64,000 nt of DNA from Candidatus Rariloculaceae bacterium (GTDB taxonomy: Bacteria > Pseudomonadota > Gammaproteobacteria > Steroidobacterales > Rariloculaceae): positions 128,100-192,099 of the forward strand of contig OZ241971.1 of NCBI GenBank assembly GCA_965204155.1. Direction: 5' to 3'. This document shows positions 46,163-55,460 of this stretch, piece after piece. Within the stretch, counting starts at the first letter, position 1. Each line of letters starts with the position of its first letter. Both the position numbers and the translations under genes were made by a program. The notes under the pieces are model-generated. The model ran no database searches, was not told the DNA's origin, and saw only the letters and a program-made list of their open reading frames with translations.

Positions 46163-47406
46163 GGCCGTTCGTACCTCAGGGCCTCGGCCGGTTCGACGGC
46201 GGCGGCGCGGCGCGCCGGGTAGATCGTCGCCCCGACGGCCACGGCCAGCGCGAGGGCCGGTACGAGAATGAGATCGGCCAGGTGGATTTCGGAGGGAATC
46301 TCCGTCACGTAGTACACGTCGCCCGGCATGATGCGGAAGTTGAAGGTCATTTCAAGCCACGGAACGATGGTTTCCACGTTTGCCGCCAGCAGAATGCCCA
46401 GCGCAACGCCGATGGCCGTGCCCCCGATGCCCAGGACCGACCCCTGTACGATGAAGACTCGCGCGACCCGGCCGGCCGCAAGGCCATGGGTGCGCAGGAT
46501 GGCGATGTCCCTGTGCCGGTCGGTCACCGTCATCGTCAGCGACGCGACCACGTTGAAGGCGGCTACGGCCACAATGAGCATCAGGAGCACCGTCATCATC
46601 ACTTTCTCGATGTTGATGGCGCGAAAGAAACTCTGGTTCTGCAGGGTCCAGTCCGTGTACCGGAGTCCGGGTTCATCGCGTTGCAGCGCTTCGCGAAGCT
46701 GACCGGCGGCCAGCGGGTCCTGCAGGCGAATGCCCAGGCTCTCGGGGCGCGTCCCAAGCCCCTTGAGCCGGCTGGCGTCATCCAGGTGGACCAAGGCCAG
46801 TTCTACATCGTGTTCCTGGACCCCGGCCTGAAACAGCCCGATGACGACGAAACCGGCCAGCCTCGGCGTGAGCCTTCCGTCCTCGACCGCGGGCGCCAGC
46901 AGCGTGACGCGGTCACCCACGCCGACGCCGAGAGCCGACGCCAGGAACCGCCCGAGAATGATGCGCTGCACGCCCGGCTGCAGGTCGCCGATGCTGCCGA
47001 CGGTAAGCAATCCCTCCAGTTGCGAAACGGCGGCCTCCTCCGCGGGCACGATGCCGCGGACCACCACCGGACGCAGGATTGAGTTCGACGATGCCAGCAT
47101 GCCCTCGATCTGCGTGAAGGGCGCCGTGGCGTCCACTCCGGGCTGCGCCGCGACCCGGGTAGCCAGCGCTGACCAGTCCGGCAGACCTTCGGATGGGGCG
47201 GACAGGCTCGCGTGGGCGCCGATACTGAGCAGCCGGGCCCGCAACTCGGACTCGAACCCGTTCATCACCGACAGGATGACGATCAGCGCGGCCACGCCCA
47301 GGCCGATGCCCGACAGCGAAGCCAGGCTGATGAAGGAGACAAGGCCGCGTTGCGCACGCGCGCGAACGTAGCGCAGCCCAATGAAGCATTCAAGCGGACG
47401 AAACAT
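46159..47406 (-). CDS. Lipoprotein-releasing ABC transporter permease, LolC/LolE family
   Basis: 415 aa with the same architecture. 4-nt overlap with the next permease gene. Confidence 0.85.
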   Translation of the reverse strand: MFRPLECFIGLRYVRARAQRGLVSFISLASLSGIGLGVAALIVILSVMNGFESELRARLLSIGAHASLSAPSEGLPDWSALATRVAAQPGVDATAPFTQIEGMLASSNSILRPVVVRGIVPAEEAAVSQLEGLLTVGSIGDLQPGVQRIILGRFLASALGVGVGDRVTLLAPAVEDGRLTPRLAGFVVIGLFQAGVQEHDVELALVHLDDASRLKGLGTRPESLGIRLQDPLAAGQLREALQRDEPGLRYTDWTLQNQSFFRAINIEKVMMTVLLMLIVAVAAFNVVASLTMTVTDRHRDIAILRTHGLAAGRVARVFIVQGSVLGIGGTAIGVALGILLAANVETIVPWLEMTFNFRIMPGDVYYVTEIPSEIHLADLILVPALALAVAVGATIYPARRAAAVEPAEALRYERP

Positions 47407-47458
47407 CGGCCAGCATTAAATCACAGTGGGCGCCGCGAACCCGAATACTGGACTGCTT

Positions 47459-48196
47459 TCAGCCCAGGTCCACAGGAATCCGATGCTCGAGGCGCACATC
47501 CGCCGTGGTGACCTCCGCGCGCAGTGCATAGACCTCGACGCCGCCGGCGACGGCCCGGCGCAAGGCCCGCCCGTACGCAGGATCGATCTCGTCGGCCGGC
47601 CGGACGGCGCTGACGTCGGCGCGCTGCACGCAGAAGCACATCGCGCTGCGCTGCCCCCGGGCTGCCCGCCCGGCCAACTCGTCCACATGACGGACAGCCC
47701 GGATACTCACCGCGTCCGGGAAGAACGCGATGCCGCCGCTGACCGCCGCGGTGACGTTCTTGACCTCCAGGTAGCAGTCGCGGTCCGTTGGGTGACCCTC
47801 AAGGAGAAAGTCGATCCTCGACCGGGTCCCCGGCACCTTCACTTCCCGCCGCAAGCTGCCGTAGCCGGCCAGCTCTGAAATCATCCTTCGCTCCAGCGCC
47901 TCCGCCACCAAGGCGTTGCTGCGGCCCGTGTTGATTCCCACCAGCACCCCGGCAGCTCTTGAAAAGGGTCCGGCCGGGTCGACTTCGACCAGTTCCCAGC
48001 CCAGCGGGTACTTTCGGGCGGGATTGCTCGCGGGCATCAGCCAGACAGTGGCTCCCGGCGTCATGCAACCCAGCATGGAACCGGTGTTGGGGCAGTGAAC
48101 CGTGGTCTGGGATCCGCCTTCGAGCACCACATCCGCCAGAAAGCGCTTGTAGCGGCGCACCAGCGTCCCGCGAATAAGCGGAGCCTCAAACTGCAT
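47459..48196 (-). CDS. sfsA: Sugar fermentation stimulation protein SfsA
   Basis: GTLVRRYKRFLADV...HCPNTGSM N-terminus and CYLEVKNVT are typical of SfsA. Start at ATG 48196. Confidence 0.85.
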   Translation of the reverse strand: MQFEAPLIRGTLVRRYKRFLADVVLEGGSQTTVHCPNTGSMLGCMTPGATVWLMPASNPARKYPLGWELVEVDPAGPFSRAAGVLVGINTGRSNALVAEALERRMISELAGYGSLRREVKVPGTRSRIDFLLEGHPTDRDCYLEVKNVTAAVSGGIAFFPDAVSIRAVRHVDELAGRAARGQRSAMCFCVQRADVSAVRPADEIDPAYGRALRRAVAGGVEVYALRAEVTTADVRLEHRIPVDLG

Positions 48197-48283
48197 GCGC
48201 TTGCGCCCCGGCAATCCGTGGCAAGAGTCCTGCGATGCACCTGGAACGAGTCCGGCCGTTGGTCCGGAACGCGGGCCGCAGGT

Positions 48284-51200
48284 TCAACTGTCGGATTCCA
48301 GCGAAAGCAATTCGGCGTTGCCTCCGGTGGCGGTCGTATTGAGCGTCAGCGTCTTTTCGGTGGCGAACCGGAGCAGGTAGTGGGGTCCGCCGGCCTTGGG
48401 CCCCGTGCCGGACAGTCCTTGCCCCCCGAACGGCTGCGACCCCACGACGGCGCCGATCATGTTGCGATTGACGTAGACGTTTCCCACCGGCACCAGTTCG
48501 AACAGCTTGTTGGCGCGGGCCTCGATTCGGCTGTGCAGTCCCAGCGTCAGGCCGTAGCCCGAACTCATCGCATCCCGCACGGCCGAGGCGAATCCGCTGC
48601 CCGGATAGCGGACCACGTGAAGAATCGGGCCGAAATGCTCCTGCGTCAGTGCACTCATGCTGTCGATTTCCAGCAGGGCCGGCGCCACGAACGTGCCCTT
48701 CGCGCATTCCTCGGCGAGCGGCGCCACGTGCCGGCAGGCGCCCTGCGCCGCCATCTCGCTTACGTGGGCGCGCAGGCCTGACGCCGCGGCTTCGGTGATG
48801 ACGGGGCCGACATCCGTATCGAGCCTTGCGGGGTTGCCGACGCGCAGTTCGTCCATCGCGCCGGCGATCATGTCGATGGCCTTGCCGGCGATGTCCTCCT
48901 GAAGGTACAGCACCCGCAGTGCCGAACAGCGCTGCCCGCAACTCCCGAACGCCGACTGGATCACATCGTCGGTCACCTGTTCCAGCAGCGCGCTGGAATC
49001 CACCAGCATGGCGTTCTGCCCGCCGGTCTCGGCGATCAGCGGCGCCACCGGCCCATCCCGCGCCGCCAGCGTGCGATTGATCGACCGCGCGGCCCCGGTA
49101 CTTCCGGTGAACGCCACGCCGGCGGTCTGCGGATGCCGCACCAGCGCCTCGCCCACGGCCGCGCCGCCCGTGACGAGATTGAGCGCGTTGACCGGAATTC
49201 CGGCGGCATGCATGAGCCGAACCGCCTCGAAGGCGATCAGCGGCGTTTCCTCCGCCGGTTTTGCGATGACGGTGTTGCCGGCCATCAGCGCCGCGGAAAT
49301 CTGTCCCGCAAAGATGGCCAGCGGAAAGTTCCAGGGACTGATGCAGACGAACACGCCGCGGCCGTGCAAGCTGAGCTGATTGGACTCGCCGGTGGGCCCC
49401 GGAAGCCGTCGCGGCCCGGCAAACAGCCGCTTCGCTTCGGCCGCGTAGTAGCGGCAGAAGTCCACCGCTTCACGGATTTCGGCGATCGCATCGGGCAGGG
49501 TCTTGCCGGCTTCCTTGACCAGGATCGGGATCAACCGCTCGCGTTCGTCCTCGAGCTTGTCGGCCACCGCTTCCAGCATCCGGGCGCGCCCTTCCCCGCC
49601 CGCGGCCTCCCAGTCCGGCTGCGCCCCCGATGCCAGTTCGAATGCACGCCCGATTTCCTCCCGCTCGGCATCGGCGCAATAGCCCAGGTGCTCGTCGCGG
49701 TTCGCCGGATTGAATACGGCGCGCCCGGCGCCCCCTCCGGGGTGCCCGCGGAGGATAGACGCCGCCCGCAGTGGCGAACTCAACGACCGTACGCAGCGGC
49801 GCTGCAAGCGGCCCGCGTGGTCGGGGTCGGTCAGGTCGAGGCCGGACGAATTCCTCCGCTTCGGCCCGAACAGCGCGCCGGGATGGGCGATTCCGGGATG
49901 CGCCGCCGGGCGGGTGGCGCGTACCGCGCCGACAGGATCCACAGCGATCCGTTCGGGAGGCAGCCGCTCGTTGAGTACTCGGTTGACGAAGGATGTGTTG
50001 GCGCCGTTCTCCAGCAGGCGCCGAACCAGGTACGCGAGCAGATCCTCATGGGAGCCGACGGGCGCATAGACACGCAGCGCCGGAAAGCTTTCGTACTGCT
50101 TCGCTGCCGCGCGATACAGCGATTCGCCCATGCCGTGCAGGCGCTGGAACTCGAAGTTTCGCGACGCCCCGGCAAGCGCCATGACGGCGGCGACCGTGTG
50201 CGCATTGTGGGTCGCAAACTGGCCCGCGATTTCACCCGGATGCGCGAGGATCTTGCGGGCGCAGACCAGGTAGGAAAGGTCGGTGGCTGCCTTGCGGGTA
50301 AACACCGGGAAATCCGGGTAGCCCATGACCTGCGAGTGCTTGATCTCGGCATCCCAGTACGCGCCCTTCACCAGCCGCACCGGTATGGGCCGGCCGATCT
50401 CGCGGGCCAGCGCGACCGTCCAGTCGATGACCGGCCGGGCCCGCTTGCCATAGGCCTGGATGACGATGCCCACGCCGGGACCTCCGCCCGGCGGCACGTT
50501 TTTCGCGACCCGTTCGAAGAGATCCAGGGAGATATCCAGGCGGTCGGCTTCCTCGGCGTCGATGGTCAGCCCGATCCCGATTTCCGCCGCCCGTTCGGCC
50601 AGGGCGCTGAGGCGCGTCCCGAGTTCCTCCAGCACACGCTGCCGCTGCGCGAATTCGTAGCGCGGATGCAGCGCGGAGAGCTTGACCGATACCGATGGCG
50701 GTTCGGCGGCGGCGTCCGTCGCCGCGTCCCGCAGCGACTCGACCGCGTGCAGGTAGGCGTCGAAGTAACGCTCTGCAGAGGCACCGTCGCGCGCGGCCTC
50801 GCCGAGCATGTCGTAGGAATAGCTCTGGCCGGCCGAACTTCGTTTCAGGGCTTCCCCGATGGTACGGCCCAGTACGAACTCGGTGCCGAGAATCCGCATC
50901 GCCTGGCGTACCGCCCCCTGGATCACCGGCTCGCCCAGCCTGTTGGCAAGCTGGCGCAGCCACGTGGCCGGATTGGCGGAGAAAGCGCGCTCCACGGAGA
51001 CGACCTGCCCGGTGAGGATCAGCGCCCAGGTGGAGGCGTTCACCAACAGGTCGTCGGAATGCCCCAGGTGTGCGGACCACTCGCCCACACCAATCTTGTC
51101 GGCAATCAGCCGGTCCGCCGTGGCGCTGTCCGGAATGCGCAGGAGCGCCTCGGCCAGGCACATCAGGGCGATCCCTTCCCGGTTGCTCAGGCCGTACTCC

Positions 51201-51523
51201 GCCAGGAACCGGTCGAGTACGGTCCGGTTGGCCCGGTCCGCGCGCACGGCGACGATGATGGCCGCGGCTGCGTCCTCGATCGACGCGGCAAAGGCGTCGT
51301 CGAACGGCCACTCTTCAAGCAAGGCGTCGACCACTTCCCGCTCGGGCGTGAACTTGGCGCGCCGGATCGCCGCACGCAGTTGCTCAAGGTTGGCGCCGGA
51401 ACCATCCCCCGCAACGCGCTGATCTGCGCGTTCGGGAGGCTGAACGGTCAGATCACTCAACTGAGGTGCCGATCGCCTCTCGTGCCTTGCGGGTGAGCGC
51501 CTTCCCCGCCCTGGTTGCAGCAT
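48284..51523 (-). CDS. putA: Bifunctional proline dehydrogenase / L-glutamate-gamma-semialdehyde dehydrogenase PutA
   Basis: Proline dehydrogenase barrel followed by an aldehyde dehydrogenase domain (catalytic Cys context FGSCGQRCSALR). The start is uncertain because the ORF-track start overlaps the upstream LysR gene by 71 nt. An in-frame TTG lies near 51460. Confidence 0.9.
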   Translation of the reverse strand: MLQPGRGRRSPARHERRSAPQLSDLTVQPPERADQRVAGDGSGANLEQLRAAIRRAKFTPEREVVDALLEEWPFDDAFAASIEDAAAAIIVAVRADRANRTVLDRFLAEYGLSNREGIALMCLAEALLRIPDSATADRLIADKIGVGEWSAHLGHSDDLLVNASTWALILTGQVVSVERAFSANPATWLRQLANRLGEPVIQGAVRQAMRILGTEFVLGRTIGEALKRSSAGQSYSYDMLGEAARDGASAERYFDAYLHAVESLRDAATDAAAEPPSVSVKLSALHPRYEFAQRQRVLEELGTRLSALAERAAEIGIGLTIDAEEADRLDISLDLFERVAKNVPPGGGPGVGIVIQAYGKRARPVIDWTVALAREIGRPIPVRLVKGAYWDAEIKHSQVMGYPDFPVFTRKAATDLSYLVCARKILAHPGEIAGQFATHNAHTVAAVMALAGASRNFEFQRLHGMGESLYRAAAKQYESFPALRVYAPVGSHEDLLAYLVRRLLENGANTSFVNRVLNERLPPERIAVDPVGAVRATRPAAHPGIAHPGALFGPKRRNSSGLDLTDPDHAGRLQRRCVRSLSSPLRAASILRGHPGGGAGRAVFNPANRDEHLGYCADAEREEIGRAFELASGAQPDWEAAGGEGRARMLEAVADKLEDERERLIPILVKEAGKTLPDAIAEIREAVDFCRYYAAEAKRLFAGPRRLPGPTGESNQLSLHGRGVFVCISPWNFPLAIFAGQISAALMAGNTVIAKPAEETPLIAFEAVRLMHAAGIPVNALNLVTGGAAVGEALVRHPQTAGVAFTGSTGAARSINRTLAARDGPVAPLIAETGGQNAMLVDSSALLEQVTDDVIQSAFGSCGQRCSALRVLYLQEDIAGKAIDMIAGAMDELRVGNPARLDTDVGPVITEAAASGLRAHVSEMAAQGACRHVAPLAEECAKGTFVAPALLEIDSMSALTQEHFGPILHVVRYPGSGFASAVRDAMSSGYGLTLGLHSRIEARANKLFELVPVGNVYVNRNMIGAVVGSQPFGGQGLSGTGPKAGGPHYLLRFATEKTLTLNTTATGGNAELLSLESDS

Positions 51524-52403
51524 CTACCAGCAACTCGATCCAGGGCTGGTTGTGCGAAGCGACGCGGTGGGTGAAGCCAATCTGCCGCGACGGTTCGGGC
51601 GGGGCAAGACGCAGGTAGCTCAACCCGGGCGTTGCAGCCTTTTCGCACAGTGCAGCAGTCTCCGGCATCAGCGTCAAACCCGCACCGTTCGCAACCAGCC
51701 GGGCCAGTGTGGCCAGGGATTCGGAGCCGCGGCGAATGTCTTCCACGCGCCACATGGAGCAGGCGCCCACGACCTGATCGCCCAGGCAGTGATTTTCCCC
51801 GAGGGTCAGCAGCGGACCGATGTCGGACTTGGCCAGGTCCGCGGCCCGCGGCGTGTCCTCCAGCCCGCTGAACGTGACCAACCGCTGCGCACGGCCGGCA
51901 ACCAGGAAGCGGTCCTCGAAGAGCGGCCGCTCCTCCAGTTCCAGCAATCCCAGCGGCAGCGAGACGATGGCGGCATCGAGCCGGCCTGCGAGAAGCGCGG
52001 AGACGATCTCGCTGCTGGGCGCTTCGAGAACATCCAGTTCCACACGGCTGGGTGCACTCTCCAGTTCCTTCAGCAGTTCCGCCATCACGTACGGCGCCAT
52101 TGTGGAGACGACGCCCAGGGCCACGCGAAACGGCCCTTCCCCGAAGCGCTGCCCCATGGTTTCCAGCAGCAGCGCCTCGTCCAGTATTCTGAGGGTCTGC
52201 TCGTGAGCCGCCCGGCCCAGCGGCGTGAGCATGACGCCGTGGCTGTCGCGTTCGAACAGGAGCGAGCCCATCCCTGCCTCAAGTTCGCGAATCTGCAGCG
52301 ACAGCGCCGGCTGGGAGACATGGACACCCTCCGCGGCCCGGCTGAACGAGCCGTACTCGACCACCGCCTTGAAGTAGCGCAACTGACGCAGGGTGACTGG
52401 CAA
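51453..52403 (-). CDS. LysR-family transcriptional regulator
   Basis: N-terminal HTH LRQLRYFKAVVEYGSFSRAAEGVHVSQPALSLQIRELE plus a LysR substrate-binding domain. Confidence 0.85.
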   Translation of the reverse strand: MPVTLRQLRYFKAVVEYGSFSRAAEGVHVSQPALSLQIRELEAGMGSLLFERDSHGVMLTPLGRAAHEQTLRILDEALLLETMGQRFGEGPFRVALGVVSTMAPYVMAELLKELESAPSRVELDVLEAPSSEIVSALLAGRLDAAIVSLPLGLLELEERPLFEDRFLVAGRAQRLVTFSGLEDTPRAADLAKSDIGPLLTLGENHCLGDQVVGACSMWRVEDIRRGSESLATLARLVANGAGLTLMPETAALCEKAATPGLSYLRLAPPEPSRQIGFTHRVASHNQPWIELLVDAATRAGKALTRKAREAIGTSVE

Positions 52404-52772
52404 GATCCACCTCTTCCGGAGCGAATTACAAGTGCAAACCGGCGCGCGACTCGACGCCGAAAAAGGCCGTCGCCCCTATTGGTATGAGCCGTTCCGGATG
52501 GGCGTCAATCCTAGCATAGGCCGGCGCAGCCCCGGGTTCCGTCCCTTTCCTTGTCGCACAGCGAATCTGGTGGCCGTCTATGCCGTCACGGTCGCCGGTC
52601 CGACCGGCAGTCAGGACCTGCGGGTGGTTCGGTCCGGTGCAACAGGCGCCCGGTTGCCGCGAATCCGGCGTTATTGCGCAAAAATGCCATGCGGCGGCGC
52701 ACAAATCGGTCCGTACAATCTGGCATTCCAAGACGTGCCGTACGCACGTCGACCCATGCCGGAGCCACCCTT

Positions 52773-53825
52773 ATGCACGACGCCGCCTACAAACTACTGT
52801 ACTCGCACCACCACATGGTCGCGGAGTTGCTGCGCGGGTTCCTGCCCGACGGCGAGGCGGCCGGATTCGACTTCGACACCCTGGAACCGCTGCCGGCGTC
52901 GCATGTCGGACCGGCTCTGGAACGGCGCGAGGGCGACCTGATCTGGCGGCTGCGCGCCCGAGCCGCACGGGAAGATAGCTGGGTGTACGTGCTGGTGCTG
53001 CTGGAGTTCCAGTCCGGCGTGGACCGGCGCATGGCCTTGCGGGTACTGACCTACACGGGGCTGGCCTGGGAGGGGTTGCTGCGCCGCGGGGAGTGGTCCG
53101 GCGAGGATTCGCGTTCGATGACGCCCCTGCCGCCGGTGATTCCGTTAGTGGTCTACAATGGCGCCTCGCCCTGGACGGCGCCGGTGGACGTGTCGAAGCT
53201 GGTCGCCCCGGCGGCTCGGGCGTTGGCGCGACTGCAGCCAAAGAATCGCTACGTGCTGCTCGACATGCACCGGGCGGAACTCGGCAGCGTGCCGGAGGAC
53301 AACGCGGTCGGCTTGCAGGTGGCCCTGGAACGCGCTACGCCGGAGGAGGCGCTGGCGCTACTGCACCGGCTGGGCGCGGTGCTGGCGGGACCGGAGCATG
53401 TGGGGCTGAGGTCGGCATTCGCCGAGTGGTTGCGGCGCTCGTGGGACGAGGACTACGATTTGGAGTCGGGCGCGGACGATGAGTTGCGCGGAGAGTTGGA
53501 CCGGTTGGTGGCGGCGGGAGAGGTAGAAGCGATGGGATCTTTGACGGCGGAAAGGTGGAAAGAGCGCCAGCGGCAGAAAGAGGCGCAGATTCGCGCCCGG
53601 GCGATGGCGGAGGGCCGTGCGGAAGGCCTTGAATTTGATCGCCGCCTGCTGGGGAGTCAGGCAGCACGCCGGTTCGGCGCAGACACGGGCAAACGTCTGT
53701 CGGCGCTGCTGGCGAGCGTATCGGAACCGGAGCGCCTGGCGGCGGTGGGCGATGCGATCATTGATTGCGGCACGGGCGCGGAATTGCTCGCGGCAGTGAA
53801 GCGCATTGTCGGCGTGGCGAATTGA
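52773..53825 (+). CDS. Rpn/YhgA-like recombination-promoting nuclease (PD-(D/E)XK putative transposase family) with a DUF4351-like tail
   Basis: N-terminus HDAAYKLLYSHHHMVAELLRGFLP, core EGDLIWRL...VYVLVLLEFQS...MALRVLTYT and VIPLVVYNGASPW are typical of the family. The C-terminal RRFGADTGKRLSALLASVSEPERLAAVGDAIIDCGTGAELL is DUF4351-like. Confidence 0.7.
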   Translation: MHDAAYKLLYSHHHMVAELLRGFLPDGEAAGFDFDTLEPLPASHVGPALERREGDLIWRLRARAAREDSWVYVLVLLEFQSGVDRRMALRVLTYTGLAWEGLLRRGEWSGEDSRSMTPLPPVIPLVVYNGASPWTAPVDVSKLVAPAARALARLQPKNRYVLLDMHRAELGSVPEDNAVGLQVALERATPEEALALLHRLGAVLAGPEHVGLRSAFAEWLRRSWDEDYDLESGADDELRGELDRLVAAGEVEAMGSLTAERWKERQRQKEAQIRARAMAEGRAEGLEFDRRLLGSQAARRFGADTGKRLSALLASVSEPERLAAVGDAIIDCGTGAELLAAVKRIVGVAN

Positions 53826-53997
53826 ACGCCGATCTGAGCCCGCGAGTTCGGATTGAACGACCGGGTTGCGGCGAATGCCCCGGATTGTCTTGTTGGCGGA
53901 AGGCGATCACCGCCCCGTGCAGCGCCTCGACGATGCGGTCGAAGGCGTCGAAAGGATTGAGGATACGTACGCTCCGATGACGGCAACGGGAACGACA

Positions 53998-55245
53998 ATG
54001 AGGATCGCAACGCTGGCCGCGGCCTCGCTGGCCTTCTGGGCCGCCGGCATCGGAGCCCAGACGGCGCCGGACTACTATCTGGACCCGACCTGGCCAAAGC
54101 CGTTGCCGAACAACTGGAAGTTCGGCGGCATTACCGGACTGGCCGTCGACGCGGACGGTAACGTCTGGGTACTCAACCGTCCCAACGACCTGTCGGACAT
54201 GGAATTGCTGGCCGAACTGACACCGCCGGTTTCCGAGTGCTGCACGCGCCCGCCTTCGATGCTGCACTTTGACCGGTCCGGAACCGTCATCGGATGGTTC
54301 GACCCGCCGCAGGGGCACGGCATGGATGTCGACGATGACGGGTACGTCTACATCGGCCAGGATACAGTGCGCAAATACGATCCACGAACGGGTGAATTAG
54401 TTGCCGAGGTGGCGCGCACCCCCGAGCGGGAGGGCGGGGGCCAGGTGGGACTCCCGCCGCTGGTGGAACGCGTTCCGGGCCAGGGCACGCTGGAGCACGC
54501 CGAGGTGTTCATGCCCTCCTCTCCCCCGGACCCCCAAAGGCGCGCCGAACGGGCCGCCGCCGCGGCCGAGTTCCGCGAGCGCTATCCGCCCGGGACGCCG
54601 ATGATCGTCGGTGGAATCGAGGAGATTCGCATCGTCGAGGCCGATGGCGAGATGTACGTCGCCGACAACTACCTGGGCGGGCGCGTGCTGGTATTCGACC
54701 TGGACACGTTCGAGTTCAAGCGCGGCTGGGGCGCCTACGGCAAGCCCCTCGCCGACATCAGCACCGACGACGCCGATCATACGTACACGCCCAACGGCCC
54801 GATGCCGCGCGATTTCGTCGGCCACCTGACCCTGATCGTCTCCAACGACGGCCTGGTGTATGCGGCCGACCGTCGCGCCAACAGGATTCATGTCACCACC
54901 CGCACGGGCGAGTTCCTCCAGGAGATCGTGCTCGCCCCCGGCACGGGCGGCGGCGGATCGACAGGCGGAGTGGCATTTTCTCCCGACCCCGAGCAGCGAT
55001 TCCTCTACATTTCCGACCGGATGAACAACAAGGTCTGGTTCCTCAACCGGGAGAACGGCGAAGTCGTGGGCGAACTGGGCAGCATGGGCGAAGCCGGCGG
55101 CCAGTTCTTCGGCCTGCACATGATCGCCGTGGACGCCGGGGGATTCATCTACACGGGAGAAGTCGACTCCTTCCGAGTGCAGCGGTTTGCGCCGTCGAGT
55201 ACGCCCAGGGGGCAATTGCTTCAGCAACTGGCGGAGTTGCCGTAG
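53998..55245 (+). CDS. Secreted NHL-repeat six-bladed beta-propeller protein (peptidyl-alpha-hydroxyglycine lyase-like)
   Basis: Signal peptide MRIATLAAASLAFWAAGIGAQ. Repeated blade motifs: GLAVDADGNVWVLN, GMDVDDDGYVYIG, MYVADNYLGGRVLVFD, LVYAADRRANRIHV, LYISDRMNNKVWFL and FIYTGEVDSFRVQRF. Confidence 0.65.
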   Translation: MRIATLAAASLAFWAAGIGAQTAPDYYLDPTWPKPLPNNWKFGGITGLAVDADGNVWVLNRPNDLSDMELLAELTPPVSECCTRPPSMLHFDRSGTVIGWFDPPQGHGMDVDDDGYVYIGQDTVRKYDPRTGELVAEVARTPEREGGGQVGLPPLVERVPGQGTLEHAEVFMPSSPPDPQRRAERAAAAAEFRERYPPGTPMIVGGIEEIRIVEADGEMYVADNYLGGRVLVFDLDTFEFKRGWGAYGKPLADISTDDADHTYTPNGPMPRDFVGHLTLIVSNDGLVYAADRRANRIHVTTRTGEFLQEIVLAPGTGGGGSTGGVAFSPDPEQRFLYISDRMNNKVWFLNRENGEVVGELGSMGEAGGQFFGLHMIAVDAGGFIYTGEVDSFRVQRFAPSSTPRGQLLQQLAELP

Positions 55246-55314
55246 CGGCAAATTCGGCAGCACAGGACCATTGCCACCCGCCGGCAATCCGCATCGAGGA
55301 CTGACCCGGTCTGA

Positions 55315-55368
55315 TTGCCCTGCCCCCATCGGTGACCGACCTGAGGTGCTTGCCCTGCCCCCATCGGT
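55315..55368. repeat. Two perfect 19-nt direct repeats (ttgccctgcccccatcggt) 35 nt apart in the intergenic region upstream of mfd
   Basis: Copies at 55315-55333 and 55350-55368, read directly from the sequence. Confidence 0.85.
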
Positions 55369-55460
55369 CGCGGTACCGGGTTTGATAGCGCATCCGCACC
55401 CTCCGGCGACCATTTCCCGTGTGATAATCCCGCCCTTTCGCAGGCGCGAGGGTCTTTTTC

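Noticed and set aside
49133-51496. 787-aa plus-strand ORF. Similar long antisense ORFs lie at 28095..29768 (opposite rne), 12725..14284 (opposite the RND pump), 33210..34160 and 30300..31361.
   Set aside because: Each lies opposite a gene with clear family motifs and shows the same low-complexity composition. None has a plausible start context.
52640-53895. Possible terminal repeats flanking the Rpn-like gene (ggttgccgcgaatccggcg near 52655 versus ggttgcggcgaatgccccgg near 53861)
   Set aside because: Only about 15 of 19 positions match and they are in direct orientation. In GC-rich sequence this is within chance expectation, so it is not convincing as element ends.
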